The position numbers were made by a program, and so were the translations under genes. Of a stretch of 64,000 nt of DNA, positions 36,101-47,668 are shown piece after piece. Within the stretch, counting starts at the first letter, position 1; each line of letters opens with the position of its first letter. The stretch comes from Chlorokybus atmophyticus. Its lineage: Eukaryota; Plantae; Mesostigma and Chlorokybus algae. The stretch lies in contig RHPI01001168.1 in the NCBI GenBank assembly GCA_009103225.1, positions 604,424 to 668,423 of the forward strand, written 5' to 3'. The notes beneath the pieces are model-generated. The model had not been told where the DNA came from and made no database searches. It saw only the letters and a list, made by a program, of their open reading frames with translations.

Positions 36101-39100
36101 TCTTCAGCAGCAGCAATGGAGTGGGAAGGGTGCGTGTCGGGCAACCTTTGTGGCCTCTTTTCTGATATGGTGATGCCAGGTTTCCGTCCATCCGCATGCG
36201 GCGCATCAGCAAGGCTTAACTGTATTGCCTTCTGCAGCTCTTGCTCTTCGGAGTCTGCAGCAACGTCATGTGCAACCTAGCATCAACAAAAAGTACACAG
36301 GATCAGACCACATGGTGTTGCCATGATGTGGTACACCCATTAGGCTCGGTTGAGCTTTGTACCTGTTGACTATCTTCAAGACTGCGCCTGAGTGCCTCCT
36401 GCAGCTGCTGTTTCTCGGTCTGATCTACAACTGCTTGTGATTGCATGGCGATGCCTATGTTTGTTCCGGTCCTATCCTCAGCGTCTTCCAGGTGAACGTG
36501 TGCAAGCGCATGCTCAACAGCACGCTCTTCAACATCACCAGAGGTCTCAGCTGGTGCATCCTCCCAGTCAGGTTCTGTGGCCTTTGCCTGTTCTTGACAG
36601 GTCACATTCTTGATGACCTCCCGCAGCTCGTCAGCAGATGCATCCTTCCAGTCAATGTCCGAACCCGTGTTGGTTCCAACCTTTCCATCTTGATCTGCGA
36701 CTGCATCTTCCCAGTCAATGCCGTCATCATCTGCCTGTGGGCTCACAGCCTTGGCGGCGCTGCCTATGACTGCATGAGGAGCTTCATCGTCGCTGATGGT
36801 GATCTCTATGGCCTTCACTTCCGGCAGTCGCTGTCTACCGACTTCCTTGCTACTAGAATAATGGACATGCGTTGAGCGTGGCAAGGGTGGGGCTACGTTG
36901 TCTGGTGTCTCTACCCTCAAGGTGCTTTTATCACCAATACTGTTCAGTTGCAGGATGGGATCCGCAGCCTCATTGTCCACATCATCATCCTCACTGCTGG
37001 CGTGAGCGAGCAGGCCAGCCTCTTCTTGAAATAAGTCCATTGTTAGATCAGGAGCAGACACCTGAGTGTGTGCCATGTAAGTCGCGCTAGGTTGTCAGTT
37101 CCAGAGGGCCACTTACTACCCTCCTATCACTTCACGGTACTACATATCAGTACAAATCCCTGAACATCATACTTACTGGCATTGTAGGCACCTGCGCTAA
37201 CGTGCTTGTGCCTAGCCCAGCCAATGGCGACTTTGAGAAGAAGGGCGGTGGTGCCTTGCTGCTAACAGCAGTGAACAGGTTCCTAGCATGCCGCGGTGCC
37301 TGAGCGAGTGCCGACAGAGGCTTCTCATCTGCACCAGCACTTGGTGCATGTGAAGGGAGCGGCAGCGGAGCTTGGGCTCCTGCCGGCAAACTCTTTAAAT
37401 CGCTGCATTCCAGTCAAGTCAGTAAACATGAATGTCAGACACATCAACACACAAATGAGTGGCTTGGTCTGTTGAACAGTGGTGATGCCTAGGGGTAATA
37501 CGGCAAAGGCTGTGTGACATGAGAGCCAGTGCGAACCTATGATTTGCACCAAGTAAAAGAGATGTTGAAGCACCAAGTATGCTTACCCCTGGTAGTTGTC
37601 AGAGAAAAGGTACTCTCGGTTGATCTCTGATGCTATTCGTCCTGAAGCCATGCCAGGCAAGTTGGCAGCATTGCCACCTTTCTGCAACATGTAGCCACTT
37701 GAGAGGATTGTATGGACAGACCACACGACAACATCGTGTATGCTACTCACAGCTGCACCAATGGCATGTGAGCAGCGTCACCTGCAGCTCAGCCAAATGC
37801 CGGCGGAAGCGGGTGCTCTGCAAATAAGCCTTCATCTGAACTTGCGAGAAGGACTCCGGGGCCTGGAAGTGATTTCAATCACTGTTCAGGCTTGCAAAGT
37901 GCATCTGCACAGCGATGTGTTCAACCGGAAATGCGTGCACAGGTTCCTCAATTGCAAAGGAAGCAAGCACCTACGACATATTCAACGCAACGCAACGCGC
38001 AAAAACAATACGCACCTTGGCGACTTGGTGGTACTTCTCTCTATTTTCTGTGAAGCGCCTATCCCTCAACTACACCACAAGCAGTGTTAGGAAGCGAACA
38101 GCAGTCAACTGGTTCAACAACCTTATCAACATCACCAGCGCAAAGCAATTCCCCTTTACAACCGCTGAGTGCACATGCTTACTTGCACTAGGGCTTCCAA
38201 CTGCATGGATACTGGCAGGGCGGCGAGTACTGCTGGATCCAGATTCTCTGTGCTCCCTTCAAGCCAGGGCTGCGCATATTACAACAATCTCACGCTGCAG
38301 CTGACAGTCTCACTCCATTGACCACTAGAGTGACACACTGTTATGCGAAACTAACATCATATGCAAGAAGACGTTCAACCGCTGATTGGACATACCATAA
38401 ACATCTGCTGGTCTTCTTCATCCTCATCTTCTTCTTTCACTTCTATCTGACCAACAGCCTGGGCGTCCTGCTCCTGCGCCAGCGACCTGGCCAGCCTGCA
38501 ACCGGAGCCAGCTTTCAAACCACACACGCGTGAGCAGCAAAGACAATGCGCATAAGTAGCGCTCCCAGCAAGCAGGGAATGCACACATACAGCTCATCGG
38601 ACGCTGTGTGGTTAGAGCTTTGTGGCAGTGATAGCTGACTAGATGATGGCGCATTGTGGGGAACTCGTTGACTGCCGCTAGCTGGCTTTTTTACAGCCCT
38701 CTTCTTTGTAGGTGGAGGAGGCAGCCCAGCAGCTTCAGCAATGACGCGCTCATCAATGTGACGAGCCCTCAACTGATTGAGCAGCAGCTTCTCTGCAGTC
38801 TTGCGCATGCGGGACACAGCCTTGTCACGCTGGCGCCTGTTATGAACAAATCACAGCATGCAGCTTAGTTCAATCCACATAATAAATGACAGCCTATCGC
38901 TGAATGGCTGCTTACATATGCATGTAAAGAGGCAATATTGCAAAATGGCTTCTACAAGCAAGAGGATGAGTGAGCTTTACCTACGAGCAAGCACCGTACG
39001 TCTCTTGAGGGCGGGCGTCCCGCCATCAAAGACAAACACGGGCCGCACACGAAGGTAAAGCAGCTTGCAGATGCGGCGGAAGAAGCCCAGGAGGTGTGCA

Positions 39101-39812
39101 TTTTTGAGCATATCACCACGGTCATCTCGCATCGCCTTGATAAACTGCACCACCCATATGGAGGCATCTGCCGTGCATGCTGCGTCAGTGTTCATACTGA
39201 CACAGCTCGTAAACCCTGTAGCATGCACTGAGCATGCAGCGTACCAGCAACAGTCGAGAGCCAGCTCAAACTATACGGAGAATCAATGAACACTATGGAT
39301 GTCTTATTGCTGGTTTTGTAATGGCAATGACAGCTTCCGCAACGTGTGTATGAGTACAATGTAGCAATCAACTGTCACTGGCATGCTGAGAGGAGAGGCC
39401 AGCAGAACACGCAACACATGGGGGAGCAAGCATACGCACTGAATAAATACTAGGAGAGAGCTTCGACATATAAAAGTCAACAACGTCAGCAAGTCGTCAC
39501 AGCCGCACGTAGTGTGTGCATGCAAGTTTGCGTTCTTCTTCATCAGCGTGCAGAGCATGTGCATTACTCCAAAATCTGACGGTGAAGCTACGCCCACAGC
39601 ATCAAACCGGAATGTTGTAGTTCAATAACGTTCCGAGCTAATTCAAACGAAGGTGAGCTCAGACTTGGATTGATGGTAGCAACAGAGGCAGGTTACAGCA
39701 GAGACGAACAGCCAACTACAGTACCTACGGCCAAGCGTTTGTTGCCGAGAGCTTCGACTGAAACGCGTCTCCCGACCGGCTCGAGCAGACTCCACAACCC
39801 CTGCACACCCAT
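33129..39812 (-). CDS. UVH3: XPG/RAD2-family structure-specific endonuclease
   Basis: N domain [29 protein letters not shown]|[32 protein letters not shown]; spacer with [14 protein letters not shown]; I domain [35 protein letters not shown]|[13 protein letters not shown]; WGRPD motif; basic low-complexity tail. The exact last exon is less certain. Confidence 0.93.
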
Positions 39813-39959
39813 TGCCGCCGACAACCCCTGCCCCGACGCCACCGCCGCTGCCGCGTCTGCCTTTGCCGCCCTTCAGTATCGCTGATCAGATACGCTGGTT
39901 CAAGATACGTGCGTATCCAAAGTGTTTGCGATATTTCAACCTGGATACACCTGCGCCGC

Positions 39960-40058
39960 CCGTTAGGGTTTTGAAAATTTTTTTCCGGCGCTTTGAACTG
40001 AATTCAAGCAAGGTTGAGTTGCGGTTAGTTGCTAACCGTCAACGGGCGGTTTTGGCGG
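39960..40058. promoter_or_regulatory. Cluster of cell-cycle-type motifs in the XPG / coiled-coil gene bidirectional promoter
   Basis: MSA-like CCGTTAG (39960-66) and TCAACGG (40039-45), CHR-like TTTGAA (39970, 39992), E2F-like TTTGGCGG (40051), and telo-box-like TAGGGTTT (39964). These are short motifs and function is unverified. Confidence 0.4.
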
Positions 40059-40330
40059 TTTACCTGGGCAGATTGCACGGTCGAGATTGGTCCTCTTCGC
40101 GTTGTCGAAGCACCTGCGGCCGTCGATGGACTGCAGCCACGGTCTAATCTCTTAACCGGTAAAACCGGATTAGGGTCCGTGTCAACGCAGTGTGCATCGA
40201 GCTTGCAGCAGGCGTAGCTGGTGGGCGGCGGCGGCGTTGTGGACAGGGGCGGCGGCGGTGGTGGGAGGGGAAGTGGGGGGAGCTTTGAGGAGGTTCCCCC
40301 CGCTGCTGTACATGTCTTTTGCGTGCAAAG

Positions 40331-43300
40331 ATGGCGTTCGGATCCAGTACACCCCGCTTTCAGGAGACCCGAGGCTCCACGCCAGGTGAGAAGTGGTGGA
40401 AAGCTAGCATGCCAGCCAATTAACAGCGGAGAGAGCTGAGTATTCAGCAGATTCAATTCAACAACTTGTTACAATGAACACTTTACTCCACCTTACCAGC
40501 AGCACTGTCTTTGCTTTGGGAGTGCAGGCTGTGGTAGTAGTCGTTCACCTGACACAACTACTGCGTGAATTTGCTTGATGTCTCTCTGTTAGGCTTTGGA
40601 CAGACGTTTACCTCGGTGTAAGCAACCTTTTCAAGCGAAGGGCATGTGTACAGACCAGTCACCTGGCATTGAGACAGGCCTTGATTTTTGTCGTCAAATG
40701 GGTCAGCCCAGTAGGCGCCATGCAACAATGCATTTGCCCAGTTTATTGTCCCGTCATCTCCTATTGTTTGCAAAGAAGAGCATATACATCTGCAAGTCAG
40801 GCGATACATGTACTGTTGTTGCTTAGTTGAGGTGTGTGAAATGAGCGTTGAGTCGAGCACTGCGCAAGTAATGACCGGCATACGTGTTGCTCAGGTCCTG
40901 GCGCGTACAGTGTTGATGACCACAGAGTCAACGACCAAATGAGCAGCTTCTTCCTAAGCAAGGAAGAGCGCTTCCGCCTTCAGCAGCAGCAAGCAGCTGC
41001 AGAAGCGTTGGGGCCTGCCATGGAACCAAGCTATTCTAAGCGACCCCCAATCAAAGGTACATAAAAGCCCCTCAGCACCAATAGTGGGAGCCTTATGCTT
41101 ACCACCTAGCAGTCATCTTTTGGACAAAGGCGCCACATAATAGAACAGCTCAAACGTTGTGTTGTAGACCTGCAAATGAGTCTTGGTTTGTGTGGCAGCA
41201 ACGCACTTTAGTGCCTGGTGGCCAGCTATGTTACTGGTCACTTGCACTCACCTGGCACAATGTCCTTGACCTTAGCTGGAGTGTATTGATCAATGACAAC
41301 AGTGTCTGCAGGCGTGCGTCCACGCTCAGGGCGCAGCCTACGCGAGTTGAGCCGCAACAGCAGTCTGAGCACGAGCTCCACGAGCTTGAACGGGCGCGAT
41401 GTGGAAGATGCAAGGGTACGTGTTGTCTGCACCACCCTCCATAATGCTCAACTCACAATCATTCTCGCACAAGCCCAACCTAGCAGCAGCAATCCTAACA
41501 CATGTGCTACCACAGCTCGTGCCGGCTAGTGAGCAAGAAACTGCTACAAACATGGCTGTGCCATCGTCGAGTAGGTATGCTTCCTAGGCAACGCACATGC
41601 TGCACCTTCCCAGCTGTCATAGCATCGGCACTACCTGGTTACAAGTGCAGGTTGCACAACCCCTTCTGATATGCCTGACTTCAGTGTTTTGTGTTCATCG
41701 TGCTTCAGACCCTTCAATGGTGCAGCCAACCAGGAAGTCCAAGCAGCTCCATCCGAGTTCAGCGCACAGTCGGACCGTCATGTCATTGATGCTTGGGCAG
41801 AGCGTGAACAGCGGTTGCTTGCCGAAGTCGAGTTGCTGCAGGCAAACATAGAAGCTGCGCATGGTGCTCGCTCCCGCTTGGAGGTCAGCATGATGTATAA
41901 AGCTGAACTTCAAGTCCGTGTTCTTCCTATGTGGCTTACGTATGCATGGAGTGTTGTTCACCTGTATCTCGAGTGTTGACTGAGGTCTGGCTCATGCAAT
42001 CTCATAGCCTACAACAAACTTCACCAGTGTTCTGCGAGCATTGTCAATCCATGCATTGCAACTTAGGTGACTGTGACATGTCTTTGACTTAGCCTGCTTG
42101 CACAGGGTGAACTTGAGCACCAGAGGCATGAGTACAGCGTGTTGCGGCAAGCTGCGCAGTCAACAGCTCATGCTTTGTCCCAATTGCATGAGGAGATTAA
42201 GACGAACGGTGAACGCACAGCGCATCTGCAGAAACACGCGGCTATGCAGGTGCAGCAGTGCACTGCTGCTAACAACATGCCACTGTAAAATCACAAACAA
42301 CAGTTGAGATACAACAATCCTGCGCAGGCTTTGGCTCTCAGTGAGGCAGCGACAGACATCAAAGCCAAAGCAGCGGAGTGCTCTCGGCTGATGGAGATGG
42401 CACAAGCCATGGAAGCAAAGCTGATGCGCGAGGTTGCTGCACGCGAGGATGCAGAAGCCAGATTGGCTTCAGCTTCGGAACAGATGCGTGCCAAGCATGA
42501 AGAGCTTGCCAACTTGCAGGTACCAATGCCGATGCAAACGCAGTAATCATCAATTGCGCGTGTTCTGTGCTTCATTGTGGGGTTGCAATGCATGCCTTAA
42601 TATCTGACTGCTGCTTCATCAGGAGTCAGCGATGTCTCAGGCAGCACGCGAGGTGCAAGTGAGGACACAAGAGTGTGCGCAGCTATCAGATGCAGTGCAA
42701 GCGACGGAAGCCAGGCTGCAACAAGAACTGAGTACGCGAAAGGACGCAGAAGCTCAGCTTGCAGTTGTTGATGCTCAAAACCGCAAAAGAGAACAGGAGA
42801 TCAGTGAGCTGCAGACCACAATGGCAGCTCAGGTATGTGACACTCGCAACTTTGGTGGTGCTGTTTGCAGGTTCAGCGTGACATGCACACTGATACTTGG
42901 CCATGTACAATGTGTCTACCAGGAAATACAGCTCGCCAAGGTGTTACAAGAGCTGAGCCAGCTGGTGCACGAGCGTGAAGCTCTTGCACAGGAACACTCT
43001 GAGTTGAAAGAAGTGCATGCTACGGGTCAGGCTGTACTAGAGGAACGCGACATGCAAATCAAAGGTTTGACGGCTGCCATTGATGAGAAGCAGAGATTGC
43101 ACGAGCACACTGCAGAGCTCACACGCGCGCATCAAGCAGCCATACAGGAGCTGCAGGTACAAGCTTTAACTGATATTGCGTTTGCCAACAAGGGCCACAC
43201 TTGCGGTTGACTGATCCCATGATTTGGTGCAGCATGAGATTACCGACAAAGCGATTTCTTTGACTCAGCATATACGGGACGCCAACAGCACCATCGCTGA

Positions 43301-46300
43301 GTTGAAGGCTGCCAATGCGCAGTTGAACTTGCAGGTGTTTGGGGTTGTGTGATGCATGCGGGTTTGTTGGTTCTGCAAAGGCTGAGGCTGTGTGGCTGTT
43401 CCAATGCATGCAGTCAACCCAACATTTTTGTGCCTCAGGTGACTGCAAAGGACACACGCACTGAAGAGCTCAGCAAGGAGTTGGCCGTTACGCGCAAAAA
43501 GCTCTCGATGGCCACAATTGAGTTGAGCCAGCGCATGGCCGAAACGCGCGGCACAGAGCAGGAGTTGCAAGCGGCCCTTGCTAGTTCTCGCAGTGATTAC
43601 TCGAGTGTCAGTCACAATTTGCATCTGATGGAGCAGGCATTGGCTATGTCCAATGCCAAGGTGGAGGTTCTGGAACAGCAGGCCATCGAGCACGACAAAG
43701 CCATGACACTGCTTCGCAGCGATGCTCATCACTATGAAGCATTGTTGATGGAGTCTCAAGCACAGAACAAGGCTTCACAAGCAAAGCTCAGCAACCTCCA
43801 CGATCAGGTACAACATACCTCCGCGTGTGCACATGCGTGTGGTCGTGGGCACTCTTTGTTCGTGCACGTAGCTACCCTTGCTGCATGCACTGTGGTTATG
43901 TAAATTATCGTTTACGCGTATGGTCATGGGCACCCTCCGTGCGTGCACATAGCTACCCTTGCTGCATGCGCTGTGACTATGTGCATTTGAAGTAGGGCAT
44001 TTGTGTTGCACCCATGTCGTTGATACTCCTTGCAAGCAGTGTGTCACACTCTAAAGTAGCAATTTGCGTACAGCTGGAGTCCACTCAAAGCATGGTTGCT
44101 GAGCTACGGCAGGCGTTGATGATGAGAGACAAGCAGACTGCGAAGCTCCAGCACCACAATCATGACCTTGAACTGCAGCTGGAGAAGATGAATACTGAGT
44201 TGACCAGCTGCCAGACGGACCTGAGCGACCTTCAGCTCGCGTACCTTGCTTTGCAGCGCCAGCAGGAAACCGCAATCCTCTCGCACTATGAGCAGCTGAA
44301 CCAGCAGAATCAGAACCATGTGGATGAGGTGGAGAAGTTCCGGGCTGAGGCGAGCATGTTGACGCATCGGCTCACATTGGAAGAGCAAGCGAATGCCACA
44401 TTGCTTGCAGAGTCCAAAGCCAAGCTTGGAGAGGTGCACTTTGGCAATTGCTGTTAGCACGACTGCATGCCAGCTGCATCGCTTACAACTGTCTTTGTTG
44501 CAGCTTGGTGAGCACATCATGGAGTTGCAAGACAGATGTCTTGAGCTTGAGAAAGCGGTATCAGTGAAGGAGGAGCAGCTGCAAGCACATGTTGCCAATG
44601 ATGAGGCTGTTCAGGCGCAACTGGAGCAGAGCAAACAAGACATGGCTGCAATCTCTGCAGAGCTGTCGCTAAGGGAGGAGCAGCTGCAAGCACACGTCGT
44701 CAATGATGAGGCTGTGCAGGCGCAACTAGAGCAGTGCAAACAAGACATGGCCACAATTTCCGCACAGCTGGCGCTGAAGGAGGAGCAGCTGCAAGCACAT
44801 GTCACCAACAATGAGGCTGCGCAGGCGCAACTGAAGCAGAACAGAAATGACATGGCAATAATTTCCGCACAGCTTCACCAGGCCGAAGCGACACATGCCA
44901 CAGCTTCTCGTGCTTGGGAGGTCAAGGAGTCTGAGGTATGATGATCAATGCGTTAAGTTGGCATGTGCAATGTTTTGTTCTTGCGCTTGTTTAGTGCTAA
45001 AATTCCATTTGTGCGCGCAGTTGGAATCAAAGTTTGAGCAGCAACAGCAGACCATACTTGAAGCTCAGACCGAGATAGCGGAGTGCACGGCCCGTCTCGC
45101 CGAGGTCGAATCGCAGCTGGCGGACAGCATGGAAGCCGCGTTTGCAATTCAGATGGAGGCAGCGCAGTATCAGGCAACCATATCAAGTCTTAAAGGCAAG
45201 TTGCAAGAGAGCAACCAAGACTTGACCGTGCTGCAACAGCAGCTTGCGCAGCGGAATGAGCAGATGTCAGACTACCAGTCTCGCCAGCAAGAGCTGATGC
45301 AAAGCTTGGAAAGCAAGGAGGCTCATGCAGCCGATCTTCAGCGACAACTGGCGGCCTCGTCCACGGCGATGCAAGTGTGCTACAAGGAGCTCAAGGCCAA
45401 GGATGCCAGAGTGGCGGAGCTCAACGCCGAATGCACCAGCTTTCAAGCAGAGCTCGGCGACATCCAGGCCGAGCACCTCGCCCTGCAGCGACAGATGGAA
45501 GCGACAGTGCTCAAGTATGACGCGCAGGTTCAGCAACTTAAGGCGCAGCATGCGGCTGAGGTGGAGAAGATCTCCGCTCAGATCAGGTCTATGCAAATCA
45601 AGCTCGAAGCTACAAAGTCTGAGGTATTCAGCAGCAGGAAGTATACACAGTGTAACGAGTGCAGATAGCTGCAGGGTATCCCCATTTGTGTCTAATTTGC
45701 TGATGTTGACTTAATCTGTGTGCAGTCCCAAGTAGCCAGACAGCAGGCAAGCAGCCTGCAGGACAAGCTGAACAACGTCGAGAAGGCGGCCGAGCTGCAT
45801 CAGAACCAGCTGAGCAAGGTTGAGAAGGCAGCGGAGCTGCACCAGAACCAGCTGCAGGCGTACAAGGCCGGCAACCACTTGCTGGAGACCCAGTTGCGCC
45901 AGAAGACGCAGGATCTGCAAGGGCTGCAGGCCCAATTGAAAGACTCAGAGGAGACACACGTGGCTGCCATCAACATGCTGGAGTCAAAAGTGGAAGCCAA
46001 AGATCTTGAGGTACTGTTGATACGAGTCCTTGTAATCTGATGTGGACGCATACCAATTTGAGATGGTAGTCTATAGCATACATGGCAGGACACATAGAGC
46101 AAGAGCTTCGCTCGTATGTTTGTCTGTGTGGTCAAGCGCAATGTGATGCAGATTAACAAGTTGCGGGAGGAGATGGCTGCACGTGTGGAGGCTGAGGCTA
46201 CTCAACAAGCACAGCAGCAAGTTGATGCACAGGTTTGCATCTACACACCAAGCATGTTTGTGATAATGAGTCGGTGCTTGTATTCTGAACTTGTGTCTGC

Positions 46301-47295
46301 AGCTTGCGGAGATCAAGGCCAAGAGCGAAGAGTCCACCCTGATGTTGGAGCTGGAGCTCCAGCGCCTTCGCACTGACAACCAGTCGTTGAAGGAGCATGT
46401 GACCCAACTTGAGGTACAGCACGGCAGTGCATTGCTATAAGATAGTGTATGTGGCTGCTTTGTTTGTTGGAACACTTGCTTACGAACCTGCGTGCACAGG
46501 CCAATCTGCAGGAAATGGTGGACATGCATGCGTCCCTGGTAGACCATAACAACCACAAGCAAAAGATACATCACCATATGAAGGTGAGGGTTGTTGCACG
46601 CATTGCGTAAAGGTTGTGTTTGGGCTGTGTTTGGGCTGGTTCTTCTCATCCAAGCCAGCGCATGAGATATGCAGCATGTTTATCAATCTTGGCACAATAC
46701 TCTTAAATGCAATGCAGGTCAAAGATCAGCTTCAGACAGCCAGGAAAGAGCTGTTGACACTGGAGGAAGAAAAAGTGCTGTTGGAGCAAGTACGCGGCTT
46801 TGTACCATGTGTGACTGTTAGACGACAGGTGACTGTTGAACACCATGCTGACTTTGTACACGCTTGTGGCTGTTGTCTCAGGTGGTGAGGTACCTCGTGT
46901 ATCGCCAGCTGCCTTCTCACCTCCAGAAGCCATGGCACAGACTGAAGCAGGTGAACATAGCAGACAAGGAGAACACCGCCGGCGAGCTCGCATATGATGT
47001 CATTGAGCAGCGTGTTCTTGCAAAGGTACAGTTGTGTGCACATGCATGTGTGTGATGGTACTGTGTGGTTGTAAATATGTTCAGACTGTGTAAATACTGA
47101 CTTCCCTAACAGACATGTCTACTTTGTTTATGCTTGCAGATTGAAGCGCTCTGCGGTACAAAGAGAGTTATCCCTTTGCTGAGCAAATCGGTGGAGAGTG
47201 CAGAGCTGCAGCTGTTGCTCAATCAAGCACGCCCAACGATCCAGGCACTGGCAATCACTAAGTCCGGAAGCTACTCCGTTGCTGCACAAGAATAA
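40331..47295 (+). CDS. Long coiled-coil protein with HMMR/RHAMM-like N- and C-terminal motifs
   Basis: Exons 40331-40385 and 40895 onward give MAFGSSTPRFQETRGSTPGPGAYSV..SSFFLSKEERF. Many Q/E/L-rich heptad exons follow. Exon 46500-46583 gives HASLVDHNNHKQKIHHHMK|VKDQL; a KEN box follows; stop TAA at 47293-47295. Confidence 0.8.
43840..43983. repeat. Imperfect 81-bp intronic tandem duplication
   Basis: TGGTC(G/A)TGGGCAC..GTGCAC(G/A)TAGCTACCCTTGCTGCATGC at 43840 and 43921. Confidence 0.75.
44567..44881 (+). repeat. Coding 105-bp (35-aa) tandem repeat x3 in the coiled coil
   Basis: (K/R)EEQLQAHV.N.EA.QAQL.Q...DMA.ISA.L.. starting at 44567, 44672 and 44777. Confidence 0.9.
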
Positions 47296-47668
47296 GGAAA
47301 CCTTAAGATATGAACTCCGTGTGAATAACCCTGTATGCGTGTGCCCTTTGCTTATGTTAGACTTATTGCGACCATGCTTAACGTGGTTGAGGAGCGACCC
47401 AATGATAGTGTTGCCCACACATACTGTGTACCCTTAGTAACAGTAGCAGCAATGATACAGTTGTTGTCCACCAGTGCATGTGCACATGTTGGACACATTG
47501 TGTATATGCATTTTGGCAAGGCACGCTTTGTGCCACCTTAGAGTGCTGGCCATCCAGCAGTGCTGGACCAGCACTCGCAAACTGATGCTGACACGAGCTA
47601 TACCGAAGCAGGACATGTATGTACACACTAGGAGTTTGGAGTCTGCTTACGCGACATCTTCGTTTTGC

